Below, one piece after another: positions 31,257 to 44,640 of a stretch of 53,168 bases of DNA. This DNA is from Geosiphon pyriformis uo1 (taxonomy: Eukaryota > Fungi > Glomeromycota): contig JAAOMT010000205.1 of assembly GCA_016748015.1 (NCBI GenBank), positions 1 to 53,168 on the forward strand. The letters are read 5' to 3'. The notes under the pieces were generated by a model. It did not search any database. It was not told the DNA's origin and worked only from the letters and a program-made list of their open reading frames with translations. The translations under genes were made by a program, and so were the position numbers. Position 1 is the stretch's first letter. Each line of letters begins with the position of its first letter.

Positions 31257-32178
31257 TGTTACAGGTAACAATTTCTGGTGTTGAATTAAATATGAACTTA
31301 TAACTTGGTGCTTAAAGCTATTCTTATTGTCAATGATCTGAAGGTTTGGTATCTAAAGGTTTTGTATCTGAAGGGTTTGGTTGAGTTTTTTGTATAATGG
31401 ACAGAGATTCAATAGTGATAGTTTTTTCTGTAGCTTCCCAAAACCGCAGTTTTGTCAATTTCTTTCTCAGCTTAATGGCCAGTATTCCTCCTGGTAAGCT
31501 ATCTTCAATTGAGTATTCTACCCTTATTTCTGGGTCTTTTACCAGTCATGTTTATTCTGACATCAGTGCCCCATGTGTTAATCCTCAATAGAATTAGTAA
31601 ACAACAATAAAATCAAAGCAAGAAAATAAAGAAAAGAAAATAAAATAAAATAAAGAAAGAAAAGAAATAAGCCAAGGCAATTTGCAAGTTAGTATTCCGT
31701 CAATAGCCATGATCAAGAGCTATTGTTCTAGTGTGGTTAAGTATCAATTACTATCAACACTTCATATTGATAGTAGAAATGGGTTTGAGATAACAAATAG
31801 TTATTTATTAGATGATTGTAATTTGAAGAGTTGCTTAGATTAAATCTAAAACTAAGAGGTCTGTCTTTTTAGCTTCTAATCCTGCTGCTATATATACATA
31901 ATTGAGATTCCTCAATTTCTTGATTCTTCACAACAGGAATTCTGGAATTCCTGGAATCCTACAATTCCTTTAAGAAGAATCTTGGAATTCTGGAATCCTG
32001 CAATTCCTTTAAGAAGAATCCTAGAATTCTGAAATCCTGTGATTTCTCGTCAGGGAATTCTGAAATTCCTGGAATCCTGCAATTCCTGAGAAGAATTCTA
32101 GAATTCCACATTTACTATGCCTACTTCTGATTGGCTAATAATCATGCTAATATATTTCCTATATTTTTATGAGTAACA
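31257..32178 (-). repeat. 5' LTR of D (U3 array of GAATTCC(T/A)GGAAT units at about 31935-32108)
   Basis: TGTTAC..GTAACA termini; 75 bp longer than the 3' LTR, mostly from extra array units. Confidence 0.95.
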
Positions 32179-32182
32179 ATGG

Positions 32183-33073
32183 CCAGAAGCAAAAGCCATT
32201 CAAAAAACAGATGCAGAATCCATTGCCGAATTCATTCATCAAGATTTAATTTGTCGACACAGATGTTCAAAGGAATTATTATCAGACCAAGGAACTCATT
32301 TTGTGAACAGAACATTAACAGAATTGAACCAAAGATTCGGAATTAAGAGACCACTATCATTACCATACCATCCACAAACCAACGGATTAGTTGAAAGATT
32401 CAACAGAACATTGTGTGAAACAATCGCCAAAATCAGTCAAGAAAACCAAGATAAATGAGATTTGTTTATACCATTAATATTATTTGCTTATCAAACAATG
32501 AAACAAGACACTACACAAACAACACAATTTGAATTAGTATATAATAGAACAGCAATATTACCAATTGAAATAGAAGTCAACACTTATCCAACAAAACCAA
32601 TAACTGAAGATAATTTTCAAGAAATGTTGCTAAGAAAAACATATAACTTAATGGAAACTCTAGAAAACAAATGACAAAAAGCAGCTGACAATATACAAAA
32701 GTCACAAAAAAAGCAAAAAGAATGACATGATAATCAACTACCAAATAAACCAGTTGAATTCAAGATTGGAGACAAAGTACTTCTATATTATACCAAAGCA
32801 GAAAAACAATGGAGTAGAAAATTTGACCCCAAATGGGACAGACTATTTCACATAGAAGAAATTCTTAGGAATGGAGCTTATAAATTAAGATGGGACAACA
32901 AAATCTTAACCAAAGCAGCACATGGTGATTGACTGAAACCATATTACCAGATAGCATCATCATTCACCAATAATATTTCATGACTGGGAGTACAAAAAAT
33001 ATTAGTTCAACCAGAAGAGATTCCACAAGATCTGGAACCAATCATAATTATTGAACCAAACACATCAAATTGA
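32183..33073 (+). pseudogene. B integrase, 3' part
   Basis: PEAKAI...LSDQGTHF...PYHPQTNGLVERFN...DLEPIIIIEPNTSN*. Confidence 0.9.
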
Positions 33074-33129
33074 ACAACCAAAAGAATATATAAGAGCACA
33101 GTATACATGACAAAAGCAACCAAGATAAA

Positions 33130-33765
33130 ATGGAAATACCAGATCATATCTACATCATAGCTCAACAATTATTCTAAGCCTTAAGTCAACAACCTCTGGA
33201 CATAGAAATTATTGTTAACAACCAAACAATTTGCTATTGAAACACCAAAAGAAAGACAAAGAATACACCATATTAGTGATTATCAAATAATGATAAAAAC
33301 TGGTCAGATAACATAATAGAAAAAGTAAAGAACACTTTTGGAAAAATATCTATTATGACACCAACAGAAGAACTTACAAAAGAAAATTGGAAGCAATAAA
33401 CAGAACAACTTCCAATATCATACTGCTACTACCAGTTAGGTCAGAAGTTGAATCTTCAGGAGTTGTATATTAACAAATCCAAAAGAATATTTAACCAAAA
33501 CATAATACAGCAAATTGAAAAATTTATTGGAAAGAAGACAAATTCAACACTATATGTGAAAACAATTTACCAACTGCACAACATATTTCAGAACTATTCA
33601 AAATTACTGTTACACTCTAACATAGAAACCATAACTATTAACCAATGGGGAAGAATAAACAATATACAAGTAGAAGATGTAATAAATAAAGTCAAACAAA
33701 CAATACTAGAAAAAGAAGTATTGAAGCTAATTCAAAATGAAGATTTTGATGGAGCTCAATATTAA
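33130..33765 (+). pseudogene. B ORF3, unknown protein (211 codons)
   Basis: MEIPDHIYIIAQQLF...YCYYQLGQKL...VKTIYQLHNIF...DFDGAQY*; single frame; stop overlaps the PPT. Confidence 0.85.
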
Positions 33766-33780
33766 AAAAGGAGGAGATAA

Positions 33781-34600
33781 TGTTATTCATAGAAAAAAAA
33801 CAAATATAGGGAAATAGTAGACCAATAAGCGAATTGCATATAGCATGTGAGCACATTGCTCAGCAAGGTAGAACAATGTCAGAAAACATGGCACATTGCT
33901 CAGCAGTATGGAGCAATGCTAGAAAATTAGGGCACATTGCTCAGCAATGTGAACATTGTTCAAGAAATCATAGCACATTGCTTGGAAATGTGAGCAATCT
34001 CATAGAATATCAATTATGTATATATAGTGATAGCATTAAAAGTAGAAAGAGTAGAATTTTTTAACTAGAAATCTTCCATCCACAAATATTAAATAAATAA
34101 ATTATTCACCATCCACATTTACTCTCCACTATTAACACTTCATGTTGATAGTAATTAATACTTAACTCTGCTAAAACAATAGCTCTTAATCATGGCTATT
34201 GACAGGATACTAATTTACAATTGCTTTGGTTTATTTTTTTTTATGTTTTCATTTCTTTGTTTTACTAATTGATTAAAGAGTTAAGCACTAAGTTATTGAT
34301 GTCAAGAATAGTCTGGTAAAAGACCCCAAAAGAAGGATATAGGAATTGAAAATTTAAGAATAACTTACCAAAAGGACATCTCTGCCAAGATTACTGGCCA
34401 CCACGCTGAGAAAAAAATTTGATAGAATTGCAATTCCGGGAGACTACGGGAAAGACAATAATTAAATCTCTGTTCATTATACAAAAGACTCCACAACAAA
34501 ACCTTCAGATCATCATTATTATTACCAATAACAATAGCTCTTGAACACCAAGTTATGGGTTTGTTATTTGACTTGAGACCCCAAATAATCAACTGTAACA
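33781..34600 (+). repeat. 3' LTR of B
   Basis: TGTTATTCATAG...TGTAACA after PPT AAAAAAGGAGGAGATAA. Confidence 0.95.
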
Positions 34601-34604
34601 GCAA

Positions 34605-37496
34605 AGAAGACAATGCCCAAATATGGCTCAACAACATTAAAAAGGCCATTACAACAAATGGATGGAATGATGCGAGAGCCCTCCAAGCCATCTTTTATTT
34701 TCTCCAAAATACTGCCAATTCATGGTATTAAAGCCTAGCCAACAAACCCCAAGATTTTAATGCATTTAAGCTTGCATTCCTATGATACTTTAATAATAAT
34801 AATAGCATCAATTGTTTAGCAAACACTTTTACCATCATCAAGTAAGGAGAAAATAAAGCAGTCACTACTTACTTAAAACATTTCCACAGAAATTTGCACC
34901 AAATCTAGGCCATACAGGCTAATTATTTCACAGCACCACAAATCCTAAATGAATTCATTCAAGGCCTGCACAGTAGCATTTTCCAATGCATATGTTCAAT
35001 GCATTCAGCAGATCTTTAAGCTGCCATTACAAACACCAGAGATTTTGAAGCAGCTGAACTCGAAGCCAACTATGCCCAAGCCATAAATCTAGTGATAAAT
35101 GGATCATCTGAATTGGATTCCAAATTGAAACAATTTAGTAATTCAATTAATCAGAAACTAGAAGGATACTTAGCTGACAATCGAGCAATTTATCAGCCTC
35201 CACAATGACATGATAATTCAGAAAACATGAATCATTTCTGAAATCAGTTACATCCTTTATCATCATCATCCAATCAGCCGTGGCAGCAAGAGATGTATAG
35301 TTGCTACAATTGGGGTAAACAAAGTCACATCAGAGCTAGCTGCTAAGGTTATAGCAATAATCCATAATCGGAAAATCAAAATCAAAACTCCGATCGCAGA
35401 TTTCAAACTCCAAACCACTATCTAAATCAAAATCACTATCAACCACACTACACTCAAATAGCACAACAACTAATATATCAAACTCCAGCACCAGTTATCT
35501 ACCATCTACAGCTACAAGTAATATATCAACCACAACAAATTCAAACGCTGTTACACCATCTAATCCAGACATCACTTGGAAACCAAAGACTGAGAATTGT
35601 TCAACAAAACTGGAGATCAGTGATGGTTGTACATCAACTGATCCTCAATTCATCTAACCACGTCTTAAGATTATGTTCCAAGAATTCAGAAAATAAGTAC
35701 AACCAAAATCAAAATTCCCAGAACTATTTGAGTCTCCTGGTTGCCCCAGAAGATGCTTCGATCAACAATGATCTGGAAACTTCTCTGAAGCAAATGATCA
35801 ATAACAACATACCTTTAGCCACCATCACAAACAACAAATTGTTAGCAGCCATTTTTCTCTTCAAAATCAAGGAACCAACTGAAACCCCTCTCTTTAGTGG
35901 AGCCATCCTTGATACAAAACCTATTACTGCTATGTACACTGATGTCAAGGTTGATGGGCAGGCCATCAAGCTAATCTTAGACAGTGGTTTAACAGGCAGC
36001 ATCATCACATGACAACTCATGGACCAATTAGGTCACTAAGTTGATCATGCTGCCAGCACCAGAATTATCACTGCTGATGGAACCACCAAAACTCCAATTG
36101 GCGAAATCAACAATTTTTTCATCAAAGTCAATGGTATTATTGTATCAATCAAAATTTTAGTTATGGAAACCACCCAGTACTAAGCTCTTATTGGTAATGA
36201 CTGGCTGTCTAAAACCAACGCCATGCTTAATCCGAACACCCAGAAGCTACAGCTCAGCCAAAATGGGCAGCATACTAAAGTACCAGCCACCTGTAGACAC
36301 TTCAAAACCACTACAACCACATCACTAATTGAATTTAAGGAAGAAGAGAAGAAACCTACTTGGGAAGCCTATCAAGTTTCATGGGCTGACACCAATTACA
36401 ATGAATTACTGCCAATACTGTCTTAAGACAACAAAGGAAAAGAAAAAGAAGAAGATGAGCCACAAAAAAATATTACCAATGAAATTACCAGTACCTGGAG
36501 AAGTTTCTATTCAACTGACACCAGACCAGAACCACTCTATATTCTACTCCAGTGCAAAGACTACAGAAAAAAGTTGTTTTCCATGGAAGCTTGGATTGCA
36601 CCTAATAAAGACTACTAGACATGGACCCATTACTATTGCAAACTATGCCACCATGAATACTATGACTATCCAAAATGCTAAGACAAGTGAGACAACAAAT
36701 TATGTCTTACTTGTGGCAAACAACTGCTTGACAAAGGGATGTGGAATGACATTCCTAGTTAAGAAGGAACCTGTGACGCATCATGTCAATACACAATTCT
36801 CATTAATAACTGGGTAAGTCGAAGAACCCTAATAATTGCAGCCTGGCATCGAGTAATCTCTTGCCTAGACAGTTATTCACACAACAAAGGCAAGATCTGA
36901 AGAATAGCCAACACCAAGATAGAAGATGCTTCACCCAGTGAGATCTTAAAAATAAAGAACAATTATCCTGAACCAGTTGAAGTTGTTCTTATTCCCAATG
37001 CCTTTTTAAATATTGAGACAGGCCCAGAGGAATTCCATAAATACTACCAAAATTTAGCACCCATTCAAAAAGAACAAGAATAGTGCTTGGAAGAAATAAA
37101 TACCTAATTATGTAACCACTGTTTGATCCCATGTAACTTTCAGTATTGTAATAAGTGTGATCTCATCTACAATCCAACACTACACAGAATCTACATGATT
37201 TTGGAAGAGGAAGAACCAATCAGCAGCTGTGCATCAGAATCAGATTCAATTTTTAATTCCAATTCAAAACCCAATGACAATGACAACAATGGTTTCAGCT
37301 CCATTCAAAATGACAGCAGCAATAACAACAGTGATTTAAACTCAGATTCAGATTTCAAACAGTACATCCCACTTTTTGATCTTTCCAAGGAACAGGAATT
37401 CAGATGGTTCAGTAACAATAATAAAAGTATTATGCCAGAATGCGTGCATGATACTGATACAAGATTTGATCTGAGATATCCAAGAAAAAATGCCAT
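34605..37496 (+). pseudogene. A gag (capsid, knuckle), PR, Cys-rich domain, start of dUTPase
   Basis: EDNAQIWLNNIKKAITTNGWND..., CYNWGKQSHIRASC, ILDSG, CKDY..CKLC..CLTC..CDASC, DTRFDLRY. Confidence 0.9.
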
Positions 37497-38367
37497 TGTT
37501 ATTCATAGAAATATAGGAAATATATATTAGCATAGTTATTAATCAATCAGAAATAGATGTAGTAAAATGTGGAATTTCAGGATTCCTCTTAGGAATTGCA
37601 AGATTCTAGGAATTACAGGATTCTCACAAGGAATTACAGGATTCCAGAATTCCAGGATTTCTCTCAAAGAAATTGCAGAATTCCAGGAATCCCAGGATTT
37701 CTGTTGTGAAGAATTCAGGAATTGAGGAATCTCAATTATATATATATAGCAGTAGGATTAGAAGCTAAAAAGACAGATCTTTCAGTTTAGATTTCATCTA
37801 AACAACTTTCCAAACCACAAATAAATAACTGTTTAATATTTCAAATCTGCTGCCACTATCAACACTTCATGTTGATAGTAATTGATACTTAATCACACTG
37901 GAACAATAGCTCTTGATCATGGCTATTGATGGAATACTAACTTGCAAATTGCCTTGGCTTATTTCTTTTCTTTCTTTATTTTTTTTTATTTTCTTTATTT
38001 TTTGCTTTGATTTTATTGTTATTTACTAACTCTATTGAGGATTAACGCGTGGGGTACTAATGTCAGAATAAATGTGACTGGTAAAAGACCCAGAAATAAG
38101 GATAGAACACTTGATTGAGGATAGCTTACCAGGAGAAATACTGGCCATCAAGCTGAGAAAAAAATTGACAAAACTGCGGTTTCGGAAAGCTACAGATAAA
38201 ACTATTACCATTAAATTTCTGTTCATTATACAAAAAACTCAACCAAACCCTTCAGATACAAACCTTTCAGATATAAATCTTTAGACTACTATCAACTACA
38301 ACTAGATTTGAGCACCAAGTTATGGATTTGTTATTTAATCCAATACCAGAAATAGTCACTTGTAACA
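37497..38367 (+). mobile_element. Solo LTR E (D-family), inserted in dUTPase of A
   Basis: TGTTATTCATAG...TGTAACA, perfect TSD CCAT (37493-37496, 38368-38371), no PBS or PPT alongside; similar to the reverse complement of D LTRs; removal restores KNAIKLESY. Confidence 0.95.
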
Positions 38368-38371
38368 CCAT

Positions 38372-40532
38372 CAAATTAGAATCATATTCACACATCTGCA
38401 TTGATCTCAAAGTTGTACTGGAAATTCCTACAATAATAATAGTTCAATTAGCATTTAGAAATAGCTTAGCAAAAAAAAGAATCAGCATCAGAGGAGAAAT
38501 AATTGACACTGAATATGTGGGAAATATTATTGCTATACTACAAAATGATTCAGAAAAGACCTATATCATAAAGCCAAATGAAAAGATAGCACAAGCAATA
38601 TTCCTGTCTTTGGTTAAAATAACTCGATTAGTATTAATGAGAAACAGAGAAGAATTAAGAATTATAGCTAAAGGAATACAAAGATTCAGATCAACAGATA
38701 GAATAGATATACCAATCAATATGGCAGAAAAAAAAGTTATTGACAAGGGAGAAATTATATTCACCTGTCAATCAATTTCTATTCTGCCATATGACCAGTA
38801 CATGTTAACCATAAAAAGAAAAGTGAAGAATTAGGCACAAATTTTTGAAGCAAAACCAACCATTTGCAAATCAGAAGAGATTGGACTTATCAATCTCTAT
38901 ATACCAGCCAAAAACAAAAAACATATCAAAATTCCCATCTACAATGCAACAGGAAACATCATATAAATACCAAAAAAAACTACCATCAAGTATTTAAGCA
39001 CTGAAGTTGAAGAACAGACACCAAATCCCATTTCAGATTTTCCACAGCTTTGTGAATATGTGGATATCACGTCACAAACAATTTATGGACAGAACAAATG
39101 TTATCTGCTCCAACCAGAACAATTGGAACAAATGAATATGGGAAACTTAGACCCACTTCAATATATGCAGCTCAAAATATTACTCAACAACTTTAATAAT
39201 ATCTTTGCTAGCGAAAATGAATTTGGCCATACTAACATCATTCAACATCAGATCAAAACTGAAAATACGATGCCAATAAAACAATGAGCATACAGAGTAC
39301 CACCAGCTAGCCATGAAATCATTCATCAAAAAATCAATTAAATGCTAGACAATGGGTTAATTCAGCCATCAATGAGCCTATGGTCATTACCAGTGGTATT
39401 AGTCCATAAGAAAAATGGGAAAATCCACTTTTGTGTGAATTACAGGAAACTGAATGAAGTAACAAAAAGAGATAGCTACCCAACTCCAAAGATCCAAAAA
39501 CTGTTTGATGCTTTTGGAGGAAAGAAATGGTTCTCAACTTTGGACTTAGACAGTGGTTATTGGCAAGTAGCCATGAAACTGGAAGATAAAGAAAAAATGG
39601 CTTTTACAACATGAAAAGTGAATTTCAAATTTGAAGTAATGCCATTTGGTTTGATGAATGCACCAGCCACCTTCCAATGACTTATGGAAATTGTTTACAC
39701 CAGATTACTATGGAAATCAGTAGTTGTTTACTTAAATAACACAAATGTGTTCTTTAAAACATTTAATGATCATTTGCATCATCTTCAACAAGTGTTTGAA
39801 AAACTAAGAAGAGCCAGATTAAAATTAAATGCAACCAAGTGTTTCTTTGAAAAAACTGAACTCAAGTTTTTAGGACATGTTGTGAGCAAAAACGATATCA
39901 AAACAGATCCAGACAAGATTGAGATAGTCAAGAACTTTCCAGTACCAATCAATTTGACAGAACTAAGAGCATTTTTGGAATTTGCCAGATACTATCGCCA
40001 CTTTATCAAAGATTTTTTTAAACTGGCCCAGCCATTACACCAGCTCCAATCAAAAAACATCAAATATGAATGGATAGAAAACCAGCAAGAAGCTTTTGAC
40101 ATATTAAGAAGAAAGCTTATTCAAGCTTTAGTGTTGATGTATTCAGATTACAGCAAACTATTCATCATCACCACCGATGCATTAGGCCAAGCATTGGGAG
40201 CAGTACTATCATAGAAAGAACTGGATGGAAGAGAACATCCAGTAGCATACACCAGCCAAAGTTTGAGTTCAGCTGAAAAGAACTATGGAACACCAGCATT
40301 AGAATACTTAGCAATCTATTGGGCAGTCATGAAATAGAAAAAATACTTAAGCCAAAAGTTTGATATATACACTGATCATAAAGAATTGACTTTAATCCAG
40401 AAGTAAGAATTTGAAGATGATCATTATGCTCGATAGAAAATAAAACTTTCACTATTTAAATATACTGTACACTACAAAAAAAGAAAAGAAAACAGAAATG
40501 CCAACAGTTTATCACAAATAAGACAAATCTAA
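38372..40532 (+). pseudogene. pol: A pol: rest of dUTPase, RT, RNase H
   Basis: RNSLA, IIDTEY, KIAQAIF; FCVNYRKLN, LDLDSGYWQV, YLNN; TTDALGQALGAVL; ends QI* at 40530-40532. Confidence 0.92.
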
Positions 40533-40562
40533 AAACACTTCAACCCAAAAATATAACAAAAA

Positions 40563-41925
40563 ATGAATAAACAAAAATATCAACAACTTCAATATTTTAT
40601 AAACACCTAACAGTTCAAGAAAAAATTATCTCAAAAGGAACAAAACCATATCAAACAACAGTCCAAATATTTTATTACTCACCAAAATATACTTTATCAG
40701 AAAAACAGAAAGAATCCAGATCAACCAACCAGAGTAATCATGGAACCAGAGAAAGAAACAATATTATTCAACATGTACTCTGATCCAATAGCAGGACATT
40801 TTCACAAAGAAGCAACCATGAAAAGAACCAGAAATAGATATTATTAGCTATCCATGTACCCAGATATCATCCAATATGTGCAAAATTGTGATACTTGTCA
40901 GAGAAGAGGAAGAACAAGACTTAGTGAGCCATTAAGACCAATCAAAGTAGGACAACCATTTGAGCAGATTGGAATTGACTTAGTTGGACCATTAATAATA
41001 ACTAGCAAAGAGAACAGATATATCACAGTAGCCATGGATTATTTCATTAAATGGCCAGAAGCAAAAGCAATTCAAAGAGCAGATGCAGAATCTATTGCCA
41101 AATTCGTCCATCAAGATCTGATTTGTTGACATGGATGTCCAAAAGAATTATTATTCAACCAAGAAACTCACTTTGTGAATAGAACATTAACAGAACTGAG
41201 TCAAAGATTTGAAATAAAGAGACCATTATCATCGTCATATCACTCACAAACCAATGGATTAGTTGAAAGATTCAATAGAACATTGTGTGAAGTGATAGCC
41301 AAGATCAGCCAAAAAAACCCAGAACAAATAAGACTTATTTATACCATTAGTACTATTTGCTTATTGAATGAAGCAAGATACTACACAAGCAACACCATTT
41401 GAATTAGTATATGATAGAACAGCAACACTACCAATTGAGATAGAGGTCAATACATATCCAACAGAACTAATAACAGAAGACAATTTCCAAGAAACATTGC
41501 TAAAAAGAACATATGACGTAATGAAAATACTAGAAAACAAACAGCAAAGAACAGCTAATAACATTCAAAACTTACAAGAAAAACAAAAAGAAAGGCATGA
41601 TAACCAACTACCAGATAAACCAGTCAAATTCAGGATTGAAGACAAAGTACTATTATATTGTACCAAAGCAGAAAAACAGTGAAATGAAAAGTTGGATCCA
41701 AAATGGAATGGACCATTTCACATACACAAAATTTTAGGAAACAGATCTTACAAGTTATGATTAGAAAACAGAATTCTGAAAAGGACAGCACATGGAAATC
41801 ATTTAAAAATTTATCAAACACAAGGATTGACATTAGTAGAACCACAATTAGGAACACAAATTCCATTAATCTGACTAGAAGATATACCACAAGATATGGA
41901 ACCAATTATAATCATGAAAACATAG
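40563..41925 (+). pseudogene. A integrase, separate ORF
   Basis: MNKQKYQQLQYFI..., CDTCQ, IGIDLVGPL, NGLVERFN, WNGPF; contains a frameshift. Confidence 0.9.
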
Positions 41926-42005
41926 TTACACACATGCCAAAATTCAGATATTACACACATATATGCCTTAAGACCATAAAGAAAGAAATAATAGAAATTT
42001 CAAAC

Positions 42006-42776
42006 ATGGATTTTTTAGACAAAATTTTAAATTTATCTAAACAATTATTTAACAAAATTCAAAAATCTACATCTTAAATAAAAATTATAATCGATAAAAA
42101 AAAGATAAGATATAGAGATAAAAGGAAAAAAAAAATGGGCAAGAGTTCAACTAAAACTAATCATTTCCATCCCTACACTCTGCCTGGGAAGAAAATTTTA
42201 CAAAAAGAAATTAAATATACTTCTCGAATAGGATGTGGAGAAAAAAGAAGGAAGAAAAAAGAAGGAATGGAAAAATTAGATAGAAAACAAAAACAATTAT
42301 ATACAACATACTTGGTCTTCGAGCTAGAGAAAATTAAAGAATCTTTAGCTCATAGGACCAAACTCCCCAAAACAGGGGAGTGGACACTAGATAATGCCCA
42401 GAAGTAGAAAGAAAGACTCCCTTCAATATATTGGTTTTACAAAATCAGAAAACAACTAGACTTAAAAAACCCATATGGAAACTACAACCAGAAAACTTTC
42501 AACAAAGAAGCAATGCGGCAAGTAGAAAAATTCATAGGAAGAAACAACCTGACATTACACTACAAGACAGCATGTCAATTATATGTTGCTTTTCAATATT
42601 GTTCAAACATACTATTGGATAGATCTTTGAAAAAAATAATAGTCAACAACATAGGACAAATGACCAATCAACAGTTCAAAGATCTACAAAAAGCCATAGT
42701 TAACATAACCATCAAACATTACACAAATGAAGTTCTATCAACAGACATAACTGATTTTGCAAGAGCTTAATATTAA
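42006..42776 (+). pseudogene. A ORF3, unknown protein (C-type, 256 codons)
   Basis: MDFLDKILNLSKQLFNKIQKSTS...ELEKIKESLA...PKTGEWT...TDFARA*Y*; closely parallels ORF3 of C. Confidence 0.85.
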
Positions 42777-42791
42777 AAAAAAAGGAGATAA

Positions 42792-43733
42792 TGTTACTTG
42801 AAGAAAGAAAGCCTATCAAAAAAAGAAGGAAAAATGTGACCTGAAAAAAAACATGATGAAATGTGAAGAGATACAGAATAGTGTGCAATAATGTTGGATA
42901 ATACATTATAACATTGAATAATGCATTATAACATAGGATAACATGTTATAACATAGGATAATATGTTATAACACAGAATAACATAGAATAACATGTAATA
43001 ACATCAGATAATATGTTATAACATAGGATAATTAGTTATAATGTAAGAAAAACAAAGTAATAGCTAGCAAGAACAGATGATCCAAAGCAATCCTGTAAAA
43101 CTAGAAAATACATATATATAGCAGTAGCATTAAAGACAAAAGAAGAGAGGAGGGAGAAAAAGAAATTCCTTAGTTACTGTTCTCTAATTAAAAACCATAG
43201 CATTTCAAAATATCAATAAATATACTTATTTAGCATTTTAAATTCAGTTGTTTGCTATCAATCCTAAATGATGATAATAATTGATACTTAAACATGTGAG
43301 AACAATAGCCCTTGATTATGGCTATTAACGGGATACTAACTTACATTGCCTTGGCTTATTGTCTTTATTTTCTTTATCTCTTTTATTTTTTTGTCTTTAT
43401 TTTGTTGGGTATACTAATTAATTGAGGATTAAAGTGCTAAGTATTGATGTCAAGGATTGTCTGGTAAAAGACTCCTGTGAGTGGGTAAAATGCATAAGAA
43501 TTATGAATTGCTTACCAGAAAATTGCTGGCCACCACATTGAGAAAAAAATTGATGGAATTGCAATTCTGGAAAGCTACAGAAAAAATAACATAAGAATTT
43601 CTGTCCATTATACAAAGAACTTCAATCAAAACCTTCCAATCAAAATATCTTCAAACATTACTAATGTTATTAATTAAGCACCAAGTTACGGATTTGTTAT
43701 TTGCTTTAAGACCCCAAATAATTACTTGTAACA
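42792..43733 (+). repeat. 3' LTR of A
   Basis: TGTTACTTGAAG...TGTAACA after PPT 42775-42791. Confidence 0.95.
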
Positions 43734-43737
43734 ATGA

Positions 43738-44640
43738 CTGTTTATCTTTCTTAGATCATTATTGACAATAATTTTCTCACAGATTGCCAATTTCTTTGTC
43801 TTTTTCATATTAAACTCAGATATAAACAAAGCTTTGATAATTCCTGAGAATTTTGAGAGAGTCAATGCTCTCTCAAAACCATCAATTTAATAGAAAATTT
43901 TTTTAATTGCAATCAACTTATCATTATTTGTTTTTCCAGACATGTCAGACAACTTAATATTCAATGCAAACAATTTTACTAGCTCAAAGCTTCTTTTTTC
44001 CAAAACACATAATTCAACAGATAGCAGCTGATTGGACCCAATAAACTTAGCCTCAGAAAGCACTATTTCAGCATCATTGTCACTCAAATTTCTGAAAAAC
44101 AGTGCTCTCGGCAGCTGTTCCAAGACATAGATCTTTGTATGCATTTTCTTAGAAATTGTATCGTCCACCATGTCATCAGTCTCAGAAGTATTGGAGTCCA
44201 CATAACTCATCTCTTCGGTCACCATGTTGTTCATGTTTTCAATGTTGGATACCCCACTGATGCTGGCATCTTTATTCTCCACCTTACTACCCAAAGACAC
44301 CTTACATTCATCACAATCATTCTGTAAAACGTGGCCAGAAAGAAATCCAACTGATGAATCTACCACCACACTAGTAACATTAGGTTTTTTTGATTTTTTA
44401 TAAGAGAGACCCCAAGAATATACACTCTTAATGCACACTTTCTTTTTAACAACAGCCTGAGATCCCAACTCAGCTAAGCCAGAACCAGAACCATCAACAA
44501 AAAAGCCCACTGGATCTATCATAACAAAATTAGGTATGTTAAAAGAAATAACTAAAGGTAACAAAAAAGAAGAAAAAAGGAAAAGCTATAACTTTAGTAG
44601 TACAAAAACTCTTGTTGTGGTTAGGGGATCAACAAGAAAA
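43738..44640 (-). mobile_element. LINE-a 5' end and ORF1 N-terminal part
   Basis: ORF 43887-44564 continues through a stop (KKIFY*IDGFE...NDLRKINSH) into the 2365 segment; pyrimidine-rich leader to about 44640 (boundary approximate). Confidence 0.8.

Larger units (their letters stand above)
22196..32178 (-). mobile_element. Ty3/Gypsy-like LTR retrotransposon D, full length (9983 bp), inverted, nested in integrase of B
   Basis: LTRs 22196-23042 (3') and 31257-32178 (5'), perfect TSD ATGG (22192-22195, 32179-32182); removal restores LTKW-PEAKA. Confidence 0.96.
4325..34600 (+). mobile_element. Ty3/Gypsy-like LTR retrotransposon B, nested in gag of A (about 10.0 kb without inserts)
   Basis: LTRs 4325-5125 and 33781-34600, perfect TSD GCAA (4321-4324, 34601-34604), PBS 5128, PPT 33764-33780. 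Confidence 0.96.
2366..43733 (+). mobile_element. Ty3/Gypsy-like LTR retrotransposon A (outermost; about 10.2 kb without inserts B and E)
   Basis: Paired LTRs 2366-3268 and 42792-43733, TGTTAC..GTAACA ends, TSD ATGG (2362-2365)/ATGA (43734-43737), PBS, PPT, order PR-RT-RH-IN. Confidence 0.95.

Noticed and set aside
31935-32108. CRISPR-like or satellite array
   Set aside because: Short degenerate units without unique spacers, inside LTR U3; eukaryotic context, no cas genes.
33130-33765. ORF3 as an envelope protein
   Set aside because: No signal peptide or transmembrane segment is visible, and it is short.
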